Shown here: positions 18,052 to 29,400 of the stretch, piece after piece
How positions within the stretch are numbered: the stretch's first letter is position 1
Layout: each line of letters begins with the position of its first letter
Origin: a virus
Lineage: Duplodnaviria; Caudoviricetes
Strand: one strand, 5' to 3'
IMG/VR virus record: IMGVR_UViG_3300029705_000041
Length of the DNA stretch: 64,000 bases
The notes under the pieces: model-generated
Seen by the model: the letters and a program-made list of their open reading frames with translations, nothing else
What the model was told of the DNA's origin: nothing
Databases searched by the model: none
Made by a program: the position numbers and the translations under genes

Positions 18052-19544
18052 AAACTCACCTCATTTATACTACTTACACTCATTTTCATAACCATTTCAG
18101 AAGATATTTCAATAGAATTAATGACAAATTTTTCATTATCAATTCCAGACCTTGAATCTGTCAAAAATACTAGATAATTACATTCAAGATGCGGTATATA
18201 AATGCTATCAAACTTCATTTGAATTCCCAATCTACCTTGTTTAATCATTTCATATTTTGCTCTCGTCTTACAATATGTATCTCCGATAAGATTAGAATCT
18301 TCTATATAAAGAGGGGAGGGGGTAGTCATATAAATATTCATTTGAGATTGTGGGTTTTCGTTTATAACAGTTGCCTTATATTGTCTACCATTCTCAATAC
18401 TTCCCGCAACAATAATTTGATTTACGAGTTCTGAAAATTTAATATCATATACTGGCTTTGTATGTTGATTTTTATTATCTTCATAATTCCATAAAATAGA
18501 TTTATTATCCAAATCATCATTAGTTGTGGCTCCAGGAGTTAAAACCAAGTTGCCAGATGTATTGTAACAAACATCACAAGAAATCATATCTGCAAGTTCT
18601 ATAATTATATCTCCAATTGTACAATTCTCATCGGTTGTAATTGTATAAGGTGTAACCTCTGTGATATACATAAATGGGAATACAATAGGCTTTTTATCAA
18701 AAACTTTATCAGGTATTTCAATAAATCTTTTTCCATTAAATCTGTATGTTTTAGAAGAAACAGTATAGGAATGCCCTTCAATAATTTCCACAAATGTTCT
18801 TTTAGCGGTACAATAATAATATGTACCAGTTGATGTTACTTTGTACACATATCCAACCGTTCCAGAAGTTGGAATTGAGCTTATTGTTTGTATATTACTT
18901 GTACTCATGTTCGGTAAAGAAGATAAAGTTGTTGTAACCCCAATATCATCTCTTTTTAAATTTAAGCATAATTCTATTGCTGCTTTAATTGTAGTTCCGA
19001 CAGGAATATTAAAACTGCTTGCCCTCTTTCCTGAAACGGTTCCGTCAAGCATCGCAAACTTATCATATATAGGAACACCAACAGTACCTTTTTCGTAATT
19101 CATTGAAATATCTCCGCAAACAAAAATACCACAATCTTTCCAAAATATAATTTGATTGTGATATATACCTATTTCAATTTTAAATTTTGTACCTTTCCAA
19201 ATTGTTTGCTTAACAGGACTTGGATTCCATTCTCCTTTATAATTCATCAATGTGATATTGCCGGTTCTAGTCATCCCTTGCTCATATGTAAACGATAAAT
19301 TCCATTCTAAGACATATTCACTAATATCTTTATTTAATGTTTCATCTTCATTTAATATATATACTCTTACAGCTTTTTGGCTCAAAGGTGATTTAATAGC
19401 CATATTATATTCAGAGCCACAAAGACTGTATATATCATTTGAAACTAACGGTACTTCATTTTCAACATTTGAAAATACCTCATATTCATTATTGCCATTT
19501 AAAACATATAATGTCGTACCACTTAATATAGCCAAAAAAATCAC
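18048..19544 (-). CDS. Tail hub/baseplate protein (DUF5048-like)
   Basis: Position and DKFAMLDG..G, YN..GNL, IPHLE.N motifs; likely TTG start a few codons in. Confidence 0.6.
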   Translation of the reverse strand: MIFLAILSGTTLYVLNGNNEYEVFSNVENEVPLVSNDIYSLCGSEYNMAIKSPLSQKAVRVYILNEDETLNKDISEYVLEWNLSFTYEQGMTRTGNITLMNYKGEWNPSPVKQTIWKGTKFKIEIGIYHNQIIFWKDCGIFVCGDISMNYEKGTVGVPIYDKFAMLDGTVSGKRASSFNIPVGTTIKAAIELCLNLKRDDIGVTTTLSSLPNMSTSNIQTISSIPTSGTVGYVYKVTSTGTYYYCTAKRTFVEIIEGHSYTVSSKTYRFNGKRFIEIPDKVFDKKPIVFPFMYITEVTPYTITTDENCTIGDIIIELADMISCDVCYNTSGNLVLTPGATTNDDLDNKSILWNYEDNKNQHTKPVYDIKFSELVNQIIVAGSIENGRQYKATVINENPQSQMNIYMTTPSPLYIEDSNLIGDTYCKTRAKYEMIKQGRLGIQMKFDSIYIPHLECNYLVFLTDSRSGIDNEKFVINSIEISSEMVMKMSVSSINEVSF

Positions 19545-19548
19545 CTCC

Positions 19549-20409
19549 TTAAATATTTTCTATTGCATATACTGCTATATTGTCGCTATCATCTAACTGT
19601 GTAAAATTAAATGATATTGTTGTTTGTAATTCTCCAAATTTGTCATCACTATCATATGAAGCATCGGTTATTTCGCAAGGTATAATGTGTCCTTTAATAT
19701 CTCTCAATAATTTTAATTTACCATTATTACAAAATTTTCTCCATTGTCTTAATTTATTAATATCATCATTCTGATAATTAATTTCACAATCTACATTTCC
19801 TATAAGACATTTAACATTTCCGGTCAAATAATCAGTTTCACCAACATATGTTTTAGGGAATTTTCCTAATCCACTTGTAATAGATTTATCGTCATTTATT
19901 GAAAATGTTCCACCTTCAACATCAACATAGAAATTCCAAATATTATCTGCGTCAACAATATATGAGTTTTCTTCATTGGTTGGAGTAAGGCTAATAATAC
20001 TCCAAGAATCAAAATTCGTTTCTATACTATCTGTCAAAATAGGCTCTCCTAATATTTTATTTCCATTTTTCATATATATAGGAGTAATAAAATACTGATA
20101 GTTTGCTCTGCTACCAATGTTGAAATCTTTAATATTTGTTATGGTCGAATCTACTTCTGCAACTTTATAACGAACATCTTCATCTAATCTTTGACGGTGA
20201 ATTAAATAACCATAAACAGTTTCGGAAATATTACTTGCATTTAAAGTATTCATAAATGTAGCTAATGTAACCGTGGTGTTATCCCAAGAAGGAGAGTATA
20301 TTCCTTTTTCGGTTAAACTGCTAATGTCAGTTGCTGTCAGAGTAGCTTTCTTGCTCCACACATAATTAATGTCGCAATTACCATAAACTTTTAGTGTTGA
20401 AAATGCCAT
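19549..20409 (-). CDS. Putative distal tail/baseplate protein
   Basis: Position in tail module; K.KLLRD.KG C-terminal motif. Confidence 0.5.
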   Translation of the reverse strand: MAFSTLKVYGNCDINYVWSKKATLTATDISSLTEKGIYSPSWDNTTVTLATFMNTLNASNISETVYGYLIHRQRLDEDVRYKVAEVDSTITNIKDFNIGSRANYQYFITPIYMKNGNKILGEPILTDSIETNFDSWSIISLTPTNEENSYIVDADNIWNFYVDVEGGTFSINDDKSITSGLGKFPKTYVGETDYLTGNVKCLIGNVDCEINYQNDDINKLRQWRKFCNNGKLKLLRDIKGHIIPCEITDASYDSDDKFGELQTTISFNFTQLDDSDNIAVYAIENI

Positions 20410-21911
20410 TACTCACTCACCACCGTTTCATTATATTTTTTGCTACGATATACAACAGCATTGTCATTCAAAATACCAATTATCCACCAATACTTGTTTG
20501 TTGTATCATTACTTAATAATACGTTATTATCAGATATTTCATCAGTATCATTAAGTATATATAAAGTATCATCATCAATTTTTGATGTGGCACTACTTTC
20601 ATCAGTGACTACTGTTTCAGATTTGTATATAGCAGATGTTAATTTTAAAAATTCACTAACATACATTTTTGAAGATACACCAAATTTATAATAAAAACCG
20701 GCACCCATATTACTACGTGCGATACCTATTGGCATATTTTCATCTTCTGTATCTGTATAAATCAAATCTGTTCTGTTTGAGTGGGTTATTGAATTAGGAA
20801 TATCATGTCCAACAAAGATTATATTTGCCAAAGCATTTGGGTCTGATTTTTCAATAATTATTCCTTCGTATGCTTCATGACCATGCCAATGTATGATTTG
20901 ATTTGTGTCATCTAATTCAAGTGGAACTCCAGCTGTCTGTTCATTCCAATATACTATCTGATTTTTTGGAATGCACGCAGCATTATTACTTCCGTCTGCG
21001 GGAATTTCACCTGTATCACTCAATATGTATTTATCAAATGTTATATTTTCTTCATCCTCATCGCACTTACCAACAATACTAATATTGTAAGAATAGTCAA
21101 TAGACACAAATTCTTTATCAATATCTATATCTACAACAGGATTTATGGGGGCAGAGAAGTAGTCATACACTACATTCAAATCATAAATATATTTTGTTTG
21201 AGTTTTGTCATCATCTAGTATTAAAAGTTCAAGTTTATATTCGTTTCCACTTATCAACGAATCATATTCAAATATAATATTAGACGAAACTACATTTCCT
21301 GTTGTATAAACTATATCGTTTCCTAAATAAAGATTAAAACAATAATAAGCCGGTAAAATATTTTGTGCTTGTGAATAAGTAGCTTGGATATATATATTAC
21401 CTGAATTAATGTTATTAATATTTGAAGTTGATATTTCAACATCATTATTAAATAATTCAATATGTGCCTTATCTCTCACTTTAAAATAATAATCACAGCT
21501 TGTTATTGCATTATCATGATTATCATATAATGTTATATTCCATATATAATCTCCATATTTTTTATCTTCATCTTCTGTTTCAGAATTTTCTTGTGATTTA
21601 TCTAATATATAGTTTGCTGGAATAGGGATTTTTAACATAGTATCATTTTTATATGTTCCATAAAGCGGTAATTGTAAATTATCAATTAATATAGATGTAT
21701 CTATCTGTGAACTTGTCCCTGTATATTGTAATCCAGCCTCATCCTCGGTAACTGTTAATACAGATTTACCAGTTGTACTATTCATATCCACTATCCTTAA
21801 AATATATTTAGAAATAATATCTCTTGGATTTATTACACAAACAAATATATTATCAACTGTTGAGTCGATTGTTTCCAAATATGGAGTAGGAGACATAGGT
21901 TGATATGGCAT
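20409..21911 (-). CDS. Tail structural protein (FN3/Ig-like)
   Basis: MPYQP..P.P N-terminus, beta-rich, tail-module position. Confidence 0.5.
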   Translation of the reverse strand: MPYQPMSPTPYLETIDSTVDNIFVCVINPRDIISKYILRIVDMNSTTGKSVLTVTEDEAGLQYTGTSSQIDTSILIDNLQLPLYGTYKNDTMLKIPIPANYILDKSQENSETEDEDKKYGDYIWNITLYDNHDNAITSCDYYFKVRDKAHIELFNNDVEISTSNINNINSGNIYIQATYSQAQNILPAYYCFNLYLGNDIVYTTGNVVSSNIIFEYDSLISGNEYKLELLILDDDKTQTKYIYDLNVVYDYFSAPINPVVDIDIDKEFVSIDYSYNISIVGKCDEDEENITFDKYILSDTGEIPADGSNNAACIPKNQIVYWNEQTAGVPLELDDTNQIIHWHGHEAYEGIIIEKSDPNALANIIFVGHDIPNSITHSNRTDLIYTDTEDENMPIGIARSNMGAGFYYKFGVSSKMYVSEFLKLTSAIYKSETVVTDESSATSKIDDDTLYILNDTDEISDNNVLLSNDTTNKYWWIIGILNDNAVVYRSKKYNETVVSE

Positions 21912-21930
21912 ATTATTTCATCTCCCATCT

Positions 21931-22488
21931 TTAAGTTGTTCTTTTTGAAGAGTCTACTATCACCAACATTTTCATAGCAGGAGCTACTTCCTCATGCATA
22001 TATCCATTGCCACCTGCATCTTCATAATCTTGAAACAATGCCCAGAATGTTTCTGATTCAACACGTGTCCATGTTCCTGATGGATTTGTATTTGGATTAG
22101 TGTAGTATCTATAATTTTGTAAAAGACAATCTCTTAATTTATTCTTTTCTCTACGTTGAGTAATCTCCTCCATATCGGCAAGTCGTTCTGCTGTCTGTTT
22201 TTGTGTTTCTCTTAATCCTTCTTGGGATTCTCGTAATCCTTTAATGTCACTTTCTAATTTTTTTTGAATTTCAATACTTTGTTGACGATATTCTGGATAT
22301 TTACGAACTGCATCAAGAGCTTCTTTTAATTGTTCATCTCGTTTCTTTTCTGACTCATGGATTTTTATTAAATGGTCTTTAACTTTTTTATATATTAAAT
22401 ATAAAAAGAAGGCAGCGAGTATCAATTCTATAACATTCAGAATAGTTATATCGCCAAAAAGCTTTACGAATTCATCGAAACCGTTCAA
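21931..22488 (-). CDS. Single-TM coiled-coil protein, holin-associated type
   Basis: N-terminal TM, coiled coil, Y...GGNG.MH C-terminus. Confidence 0.55.
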   Translation of the reverse strand: MNGFDEFVKLFGDITILNVIELILAAFFLYLIYKKVKDHLIKIHESEKKRDEQLKEALDAVRKYPEYRQQSIEIQKKLESDIKGLRESQEGLRETQKQTAERLADMEEITQRREKNKLRDCLLQNYRYYTNPNTNPSGTWTRVESETFWALFQDYEDAGGNGYMHEEVAPAMKMLVIVDSSKRTT

Positions 22489-22563
22489 TTATATCACTCC
22501 ATTCGTTAGATAAAGAAAGGAGTTGGAATAATACCAACACCTTTCCTTAAAATTATGTATTAT

Positions 22564-22974
22564 TTACTTTTTTGTTTGTTTTGTACTTTCAGCACTTTTA
22601 TTCTTTTCGATAATAGTCCTCAATTCTTCTAAGGCATTATCAATTTCTTTATCAATCCATTCAACAAGGTCTTTTTGGTCTGTTACTTTTGAAAGGATAG
22701 GATATTTTTCAAAAATATCTTGAATTACTTGTGAACGTTTGATACTGCCGGCTTGTTTCCATTCATTATAATCTAATTCTGCGTCAGAGATTAATTTAAG
22801 AATAGTTTCACTTACCTGTGTTTTTGCAATTTCAATCTTTTCATCATCAGTTAAATTAATATAATTCTTAATCTTTTTTGCCAAAGCGATAATTAAACCG
22901 ATAATAACAATAATTGTAGTCCAATTATCATTAATCAACGAAAGAAAATTTTGAATACCTTCTAAAAAAATCAT
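22564..22974 (-). CDS. Holin (LL-H-like)
   Basis: N-terminal TM; AE......G..KR.QV motif. Confidence 0.6.
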   Translation of the reverse strand: MIFLEGIQNFLSLINDNWTTIIVIIGLIIALAKKIKNYINLTDDEKIEIAKTQVSETILKLISDAELDYNEWKQAGSIKRSQVIQDIFEKYPILSKVTDQKDLVEWIDKEIDNALEELRTIIEKNKSAESTKQTKK

Positions 22975-22986
22975 TAAAAAACCTCC

Positions 22987-23373
22987 TTAACCACAAGCAT
23001 TTTCTTCATCTTTGATTGAGGTGTCAACATTTATATTTGCCATTGTGGATTCATATACAATTCCACCTCTTGTGTTTTCCGCCTTACTCTTACTATAATA
23101 TCCCCAAATAACAGGGGTAAGAGCAACCGGAATTCCGATTAACGCATATAATGCACTTATATTTTTTGTTTCCCACATAACCCATTCTACAAATACAACA
23201 ATTTGGATGCATAATATAATCATGCCAAACAATACAAGTTTACTTGTAGATGGAAATTTAAACCCTCGTTTTATCTTTGCATCTTTCAAAGCCTGTTTTC
23301 TTTCGTAGGATTCATTTCTCTTTTCAATTTTTCTCAATTTCTGTTTATATTCTCTTTCAGTCATTTCAAACAT
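22987..23373 (-). CDS. Two-TM holin-like membrane protein
   Basis: Two TM helices; YYSKSKAEN..GGI.YE. Confidence 0.55.
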   Translation of the reverse strand: MFEMTEREYKQKLRKIEKRNESYERKQALKDAKIKRGFKFPSTSKLVLFGMIILCIQIVVFVEWVMWETKNISALYALIGIPVALTPVIWGYYSKSKAENTRGGIVYESTMANINVDTSIKDEENACG

Positions 23374-23478
23374 TTTATATCATCCTTTTCATGTATAGAA
23401 AAAATATATACAATAAAAATAGTGTTTTGTTAAAAAAGAGCCTTGAAATCAAAATCAAAGCTCTTTTCTCATATATCG

Positions 23479-26400
23479 CTATTTCTTCTTTTTGAATTCA
23501 TTAATCAATCTTCTTGTAAACTCATCAAAGTTTGCGGGATTATTAATGGTAATATGAGCATCTCCAAAAGATGTATCATTAGAATCATAGTAATTTTGCA
23601 TTGTCTGCAATAATTCGGGAGTTTCCGAAACCTTATTACCAGATTTTAATATACTTTTATTTAGATAGTTATGACTGGATTGATTTGCTAAATCGTGTAG
23701 TATTTTTGTCTGTTCGGCTGTAAATACAACTTCGCCACCAGAAAAGTTATGGAATTTACCATCAGTAGTGATGTAGGTTTCGCCACCGTTTTCATCTACT
23801 TCGTGCCAACCCTTTGTGGCATTCATAGTACCGGATGCATAACCCATCTTTTTCTTAACATCACTTAGACTTTCCTTCTTATAACTCAAACCTTCGCCAT
23901 CAATTTTAGCATTTCTCTTTTCGAGATATTTTTGCGCGCTCGCATCATCGCCTCTTGAAATAGCACTTTGAGCTTGTGCCATATAATCAATACTACTATC
24001 ATAAGTAACTCTTGAAGATGAGTTGCCACCGCTACCATAACTATATCCTTTATTTTGGAAATTAGATGATGTGGTCTGTTTAGTAGAAGAAGCAGAACTA
24101 ATAGCAACATTTCCTAGTTTTGCAACCATTGAATCTATGGCGGCACTAAAACTAGCAACATTGTTTCTTCTTAATTTGTCAATATCAATTCCTAAATTTT
24201 TGATAGGATTTTCAATATCATCAATGGCTTTTTTGACATCATCAACAGTATCTCCGAGTTCTTCAACAAGTTTGTTATTTCTTTCTTGTTCATCAGCAAA
24301 ATCATCAATATTTTCTTGCATTCTATTAAGATTAATCTGTTGATTTTTCTCATCAAGAGCTTTCTGATACTCATATTCTGCATCTGAAAGGGCTTCGGTT
24401 GCGGCACGAACTTTATCTGTATCAGCAACCCATTCCCATTCAAGTTTTCCGTTTCGTTCAACTAATTGACGGATATTTCTTTCTGCAAGAACATTATTTA
24501 ATTCTGTCTGCTTTTTAGTTACTTCAAGTTCAGCTTGTGCAATAGCTAATTCTTGCATCTTCAACTCAACTTGTCTTTCATATTCGGCAGTTATATTTTC
24601 AATAAGATATTCTTGACCATTTGCATAAGCATTTTTAATTTGTCTATTGAAATTTTTAGTTAAGAGTGAAATATCTTCATCAATATCGCCAATAACTTTT
24701 GATACAGCAGTGTAATCTTCCTCATTATAAATTAGGCTATATTCATAATCACTTAAATAAGATTTTGAAATTCTTGAATCGGCAATGGCTTTATCTGCTT
24801 CATGTTGTGCTTCGGTTAATTTGTTAATAGCATCATATTGTTTTGATTTTACATCAAGTAATGCCTGTTCCTTTACAATTTGATTATCTATTTCTTCATT
24901 GATTTCACCGATTTTATCAGCATAATCATTATATATCTTATCCATTGTAGATAAGACTGTATCTCTATAATTTTGATATTGCTCTAAATATGCTTCTTGC
25001 CATTCTTCTTCACTTTCAAACAAAGACCTATAATAATCTGATTGCATCCAAGCAAGAATTCTTTCCCTTGCCTTAATTTCGTTATCGCCATTTTCCCAGC
25101 CAAGAAGTTTACTTCTTTCAATATAATCGTCCGAGAGTTCTAAACGTCTATCAAAAATTTCTCTCAAAGAGTCATTTTTGTTTTCTTCGGCATCCCACCA
25201 CTGTTTCTGGAGGTCTTGAATTTCTTCTGAATCTTCTGCATATCCCAAAGCTCTTAAAGCTTCGGCTTCTTCGTGAAGTTTATTTTGAATATTTGTATAT
25301 TTCGATACAATAGTGCCACTAAATTCTTCTGCCGAGCCATCATCGTAAACTGTAACGAAATCCTTTAAATGCTTTTTAGCAAGTTCAATAGTGTTTTCAA
25401 TAGATGATACAGCTTTTTCATATACATCAGTAATTGTTTTAAGAATATTTTCTTCGGCATCCCACCAAAGTTCTTGTAACTCCTGAATGGTTTCAGAGTT
25501 GTCATCCAAACCATTATTTCTATATTCTTCTGCCTTTGCATGAACTTTTTCCTGTATATCACGATAATAGGCGATAATTTGGTCTGATGGTTTTTTAGTT
25601 AAGAAATATTCATCATGCAATTTATGAATTCTATTTGCGAATTGTTCAGCTTGTGTAATAGAATCTTCTCCAGTAAACATACCCATATTAATGTCTACAT
25701 CAATAGGGTTTCCAATAAGCAACTCATTTGCATAATGTTCTAATTGCTCTGGAGATAAAACTTCACCATTTGGCAGAATGGGAGTAACAACAATGGTTTT
25801 TGAACCATCTTCATTAGAAAACGAAGATGAAAATACAGTTGCAATTTCTCCATCAACAACATCTTGCCAACCTGCATTTTTTAGTTTAGAAGTATCAACC
25901 TTTGGTCTAATAGTAAAATCAATTTTACCATCTCCATTATAAGAAAGAAGTTCCTTATATATATTTTCGATATTTTGTAAATATGTGTCATCAACTAAAC
26001 CAATTTTTGAATTTTGATTATTTATTAAAGTTATCTTATGTTCAATATCATTAATATAATCATCAAATAAACTTTTGGATTTTTCGTAAACTTCTTCTTT
26101 ATATTTATAATATTCCTCTAATTCTATTTGCCCTGTATCATAGGCATTTTGGTAAGAACTTTTTAACCAATCAAAATATTCTTTGTCAGTCTCTTTTTCA
26201 GTATTAACCAAATGTTGATGATAATCATAATCAAGTTCAAATTGAGATTTTTCAGATTTATCAGTTGAGGTACTTACAGGTTTAATGTCAACATTTCCTT
26301 CAGAAAATGCTCGTCCTCTACGTTTTCCATGTGTAATTTTGCCTTTTTCAAAAATTTGTTTTGTTTGCTCGGCATTAAAAATTATATCATCTTTACGATA

Positions 26401-29400
26401 TGTGAAAAATTCAGCAGAATCAGAACCAATAGTAAAGAATTTTCCATCTCTTACAACAAGTTCTTCTCCTAATTCTCCACCTAATGCGATTCCGGAACCT
26501 TTTTTGCCCCAATTTCCATGTTTAACATTTCCGCCGGCAAAAGCAGTACCATCAGCGTGAGCAGTACCATCAACATCTCCACCGCCGAATACTTTTGCAA
26601 CAACGCTAACAACCTTACTTTTTATACTATCTATAAGACCTTTTAAGCCTTGTAGCGCACTTTCTCCAGAGGTTGTTGCAGATACAGTAACAGCTTTAGA
26701 GTTTGTGTTTTCAATGGCACTATCTAAATTTTCAACATCGCCGGTACCGGTAACGTTAGCATTCACATTCGCTGTCTTATCAGGAACTGCATTAATCGCT
26801 CCGGTAGTTAAATTAATTGTCGCAATAGCGTCTCCGTTTTCAGCACGAAGTGTAGCAGTGCCGGCTTTAGCATCATAATCTGAAATGGCAAAATTTGTTT
26901 CGCCTATCTTTGCCATTACTGGTGTGTTATCTGCCGAAAGGGTTACATAACATTCTTGTCCGTTAAGTTCCGCTAAATCTCCTTTTAGCCCTTCGATAGC
27001 ACCAAGGTTTTCAACATCAGCATAAACATTAAATTTAATATTGCCCTCTTTATCTAATACCTGTATTTCTTTTGTTAGTGTATTTATAACCTCAAGGTTT
27101 CCTTCGGCATCTATATGAAAAACGATATCTTTATCTTTTTTTAATTTTGCTATGGCATTTCCAGCCTCGTTTAAAACCTCGGCATCACCATTAACATCAA
27201 TATTGAACGAGATGTTATCGTAGTTGCGTAATTCATCAATAGAGTGTGCGTATTCATCAATTCCGGATGTTCCGCTGTATGTGGCTTTTATTTCAATGAT
27301 TTTCGATTCAGGTAAAAGTTCAATTTTTCCATTTACTAAATCAATCGTACCTATAGTGTTCCCGTCTTCTGCATACAAAGTTGCTGTACCGGTTGACTCA
27401 TCATAGTCTTGTAGAGTGTATGAAACATCATCAATCACTGCTCTCGCTGGAGAACCATCAGCATTAAAGGTAATCTTACAGTCTTTATTATTAAGAGCCT
27501 CTACTTTATCGGTGTAGTCGTCAATGTCATCACCGTCAACTTCTGTGTTAACTTTGACATTAAGGGTTTTATCTCCGCCGCCCCAAACATCATTGATTTG
27601 TTTGGTGAAATTTGTAATAACTGAAACTTCGCCTGTATCCACATTGATTTTAACTTCTTTGTCTTCGGGGATTAATCCTATTTGATGAGCAAAATTTGAG
27701 AGCTGTTCTTCTTTTTGCTCAAGCCCCATATCATCGGTAAACAAACCTTCGTATTCATATAAGCCTTTGGCGCTATTTAAGAATTTGTTAATACCCACAT
27801 CGCCGGCGGCAATTACATCCTGAAGGGAATTAAATCCGGAAGCATATATGGAGGTGCCTTCGATTGCGTTCTTTACAAAATCCTGAACACCTTCTGACTC
27901 GCCCAAATCTCTCATATCCTTATATACGGCATTGATTGAATCACCAGTCACTTGTGTTGCTTCTGTAAATCCTCGCTTTAAAAGAGCAGCACCTCGTACT
28001 GCATTTTCTGAAGTTTCTCCGATAGTTTCTTTAAAACCAATGTAATCATTTACTACGCTGTCTAATTTACCATCTTGAATTGCTTGGTTTAAATCGAGAG
28101 TACCCTGTTTTGCAATGGCAAACTTTTGTGATATGTAGTCGGTATTCATACCGACTTCTTTGAGCTTTTTTCCATAATCCTCGAAGAAGCCAATGTCCGT
28201 TCTTTCTCCATAAGAGTTGCCGGAAAGAACATCGCTTGCTAATGTCTGGGCTAAAATGTCAGTTCCGTCTCTGACTGCTTTTTCAAAATTTTCAACCGTG
28301 GTTTCATCTTTCTGAATTGTTCCTGTTTTTTTATCATTAATCAGTTTGCTGATTTCATTACCAATCACCAAGGCATCTGCACCGAACATCATATCATAAT
28401 ATTCGTGAACCAAATCACCATAACCCATTTTTTCAATATTAGCATAAATCTCTTTTGCATCTTGTTTGAGCTTATACTCTTGAGATGCTCTCAGGTCGAG
28501 GTCTGTGATACTATCAAGCCGTCCGTAATTACTTCCGAGGGATTGTATATCTCCAAGTATTTGTGTTAAATCTGTGTACCTTTGCTTATCAGAAGACAAT
28601 CTCTTTTTTGCATTGCTATAATCAGTGGCATCTAATTTAGAAAAATAGTCTTCAACATCACTAATCATTTCTCCACGTTCTGTAACAGATAATAGGTTGA
28701 TTGTCTTTTTAAGCTCACCCGTATTTGCCTCAATATTGAGTTCATACTTATCATTGACCAATGCTGCAATTTCTTCAAGTCTTGCTTTAGCACTATCAAT
28801 TTGTTCTTGTGTGCTTGAAGGTGTGTTGATTATTAACTCCAGAGCCTTCACTTCTGACATTAAATTGTTTAGTTCCACAATTCTATCAGAGTGTTCCTTT
28901 ATCTGTTCTGTATCCTCAGCTAAGGTCGCGCCTATTTTTAAATCATCTGAATGTTTCTTTGTTTTGTATATTGCAACACCAATTGCAGTTATAGCTGCAA
29001 CAGCTGCTAAAGCTGGAACAGGAATTGCACCAAGAACACTAACTAATCCGCCTAATCCTTTCGCTCCGATGAATTTTTTCAAACCAAAAGCGCCAGCACC
29101 AGCTAAAACTGTTCCGAAACTTCCTAAAGCATTTACTACTGCATCTACACCGTTTACAATTCCCCTAAGTGCATCTACTCCAAACTTTACAAAATCCGCA
29201 CTTAAAAAGTCTTGTGATAATCCTTCCCAGGCTGCTTTTAACTGCAACTGTTTTGCTTCTACAGAATCTAACCACTTTTCATGTTCTTTCATTGCAGAAC
29301 CATCTGAACCCATAGATACTGCAAGTGCTTCTCTAGCCTCATCAAAGTTATTCATCAATGAAGCCATTACATTACCTTGGTGTTTACCAGCTAATAATTC

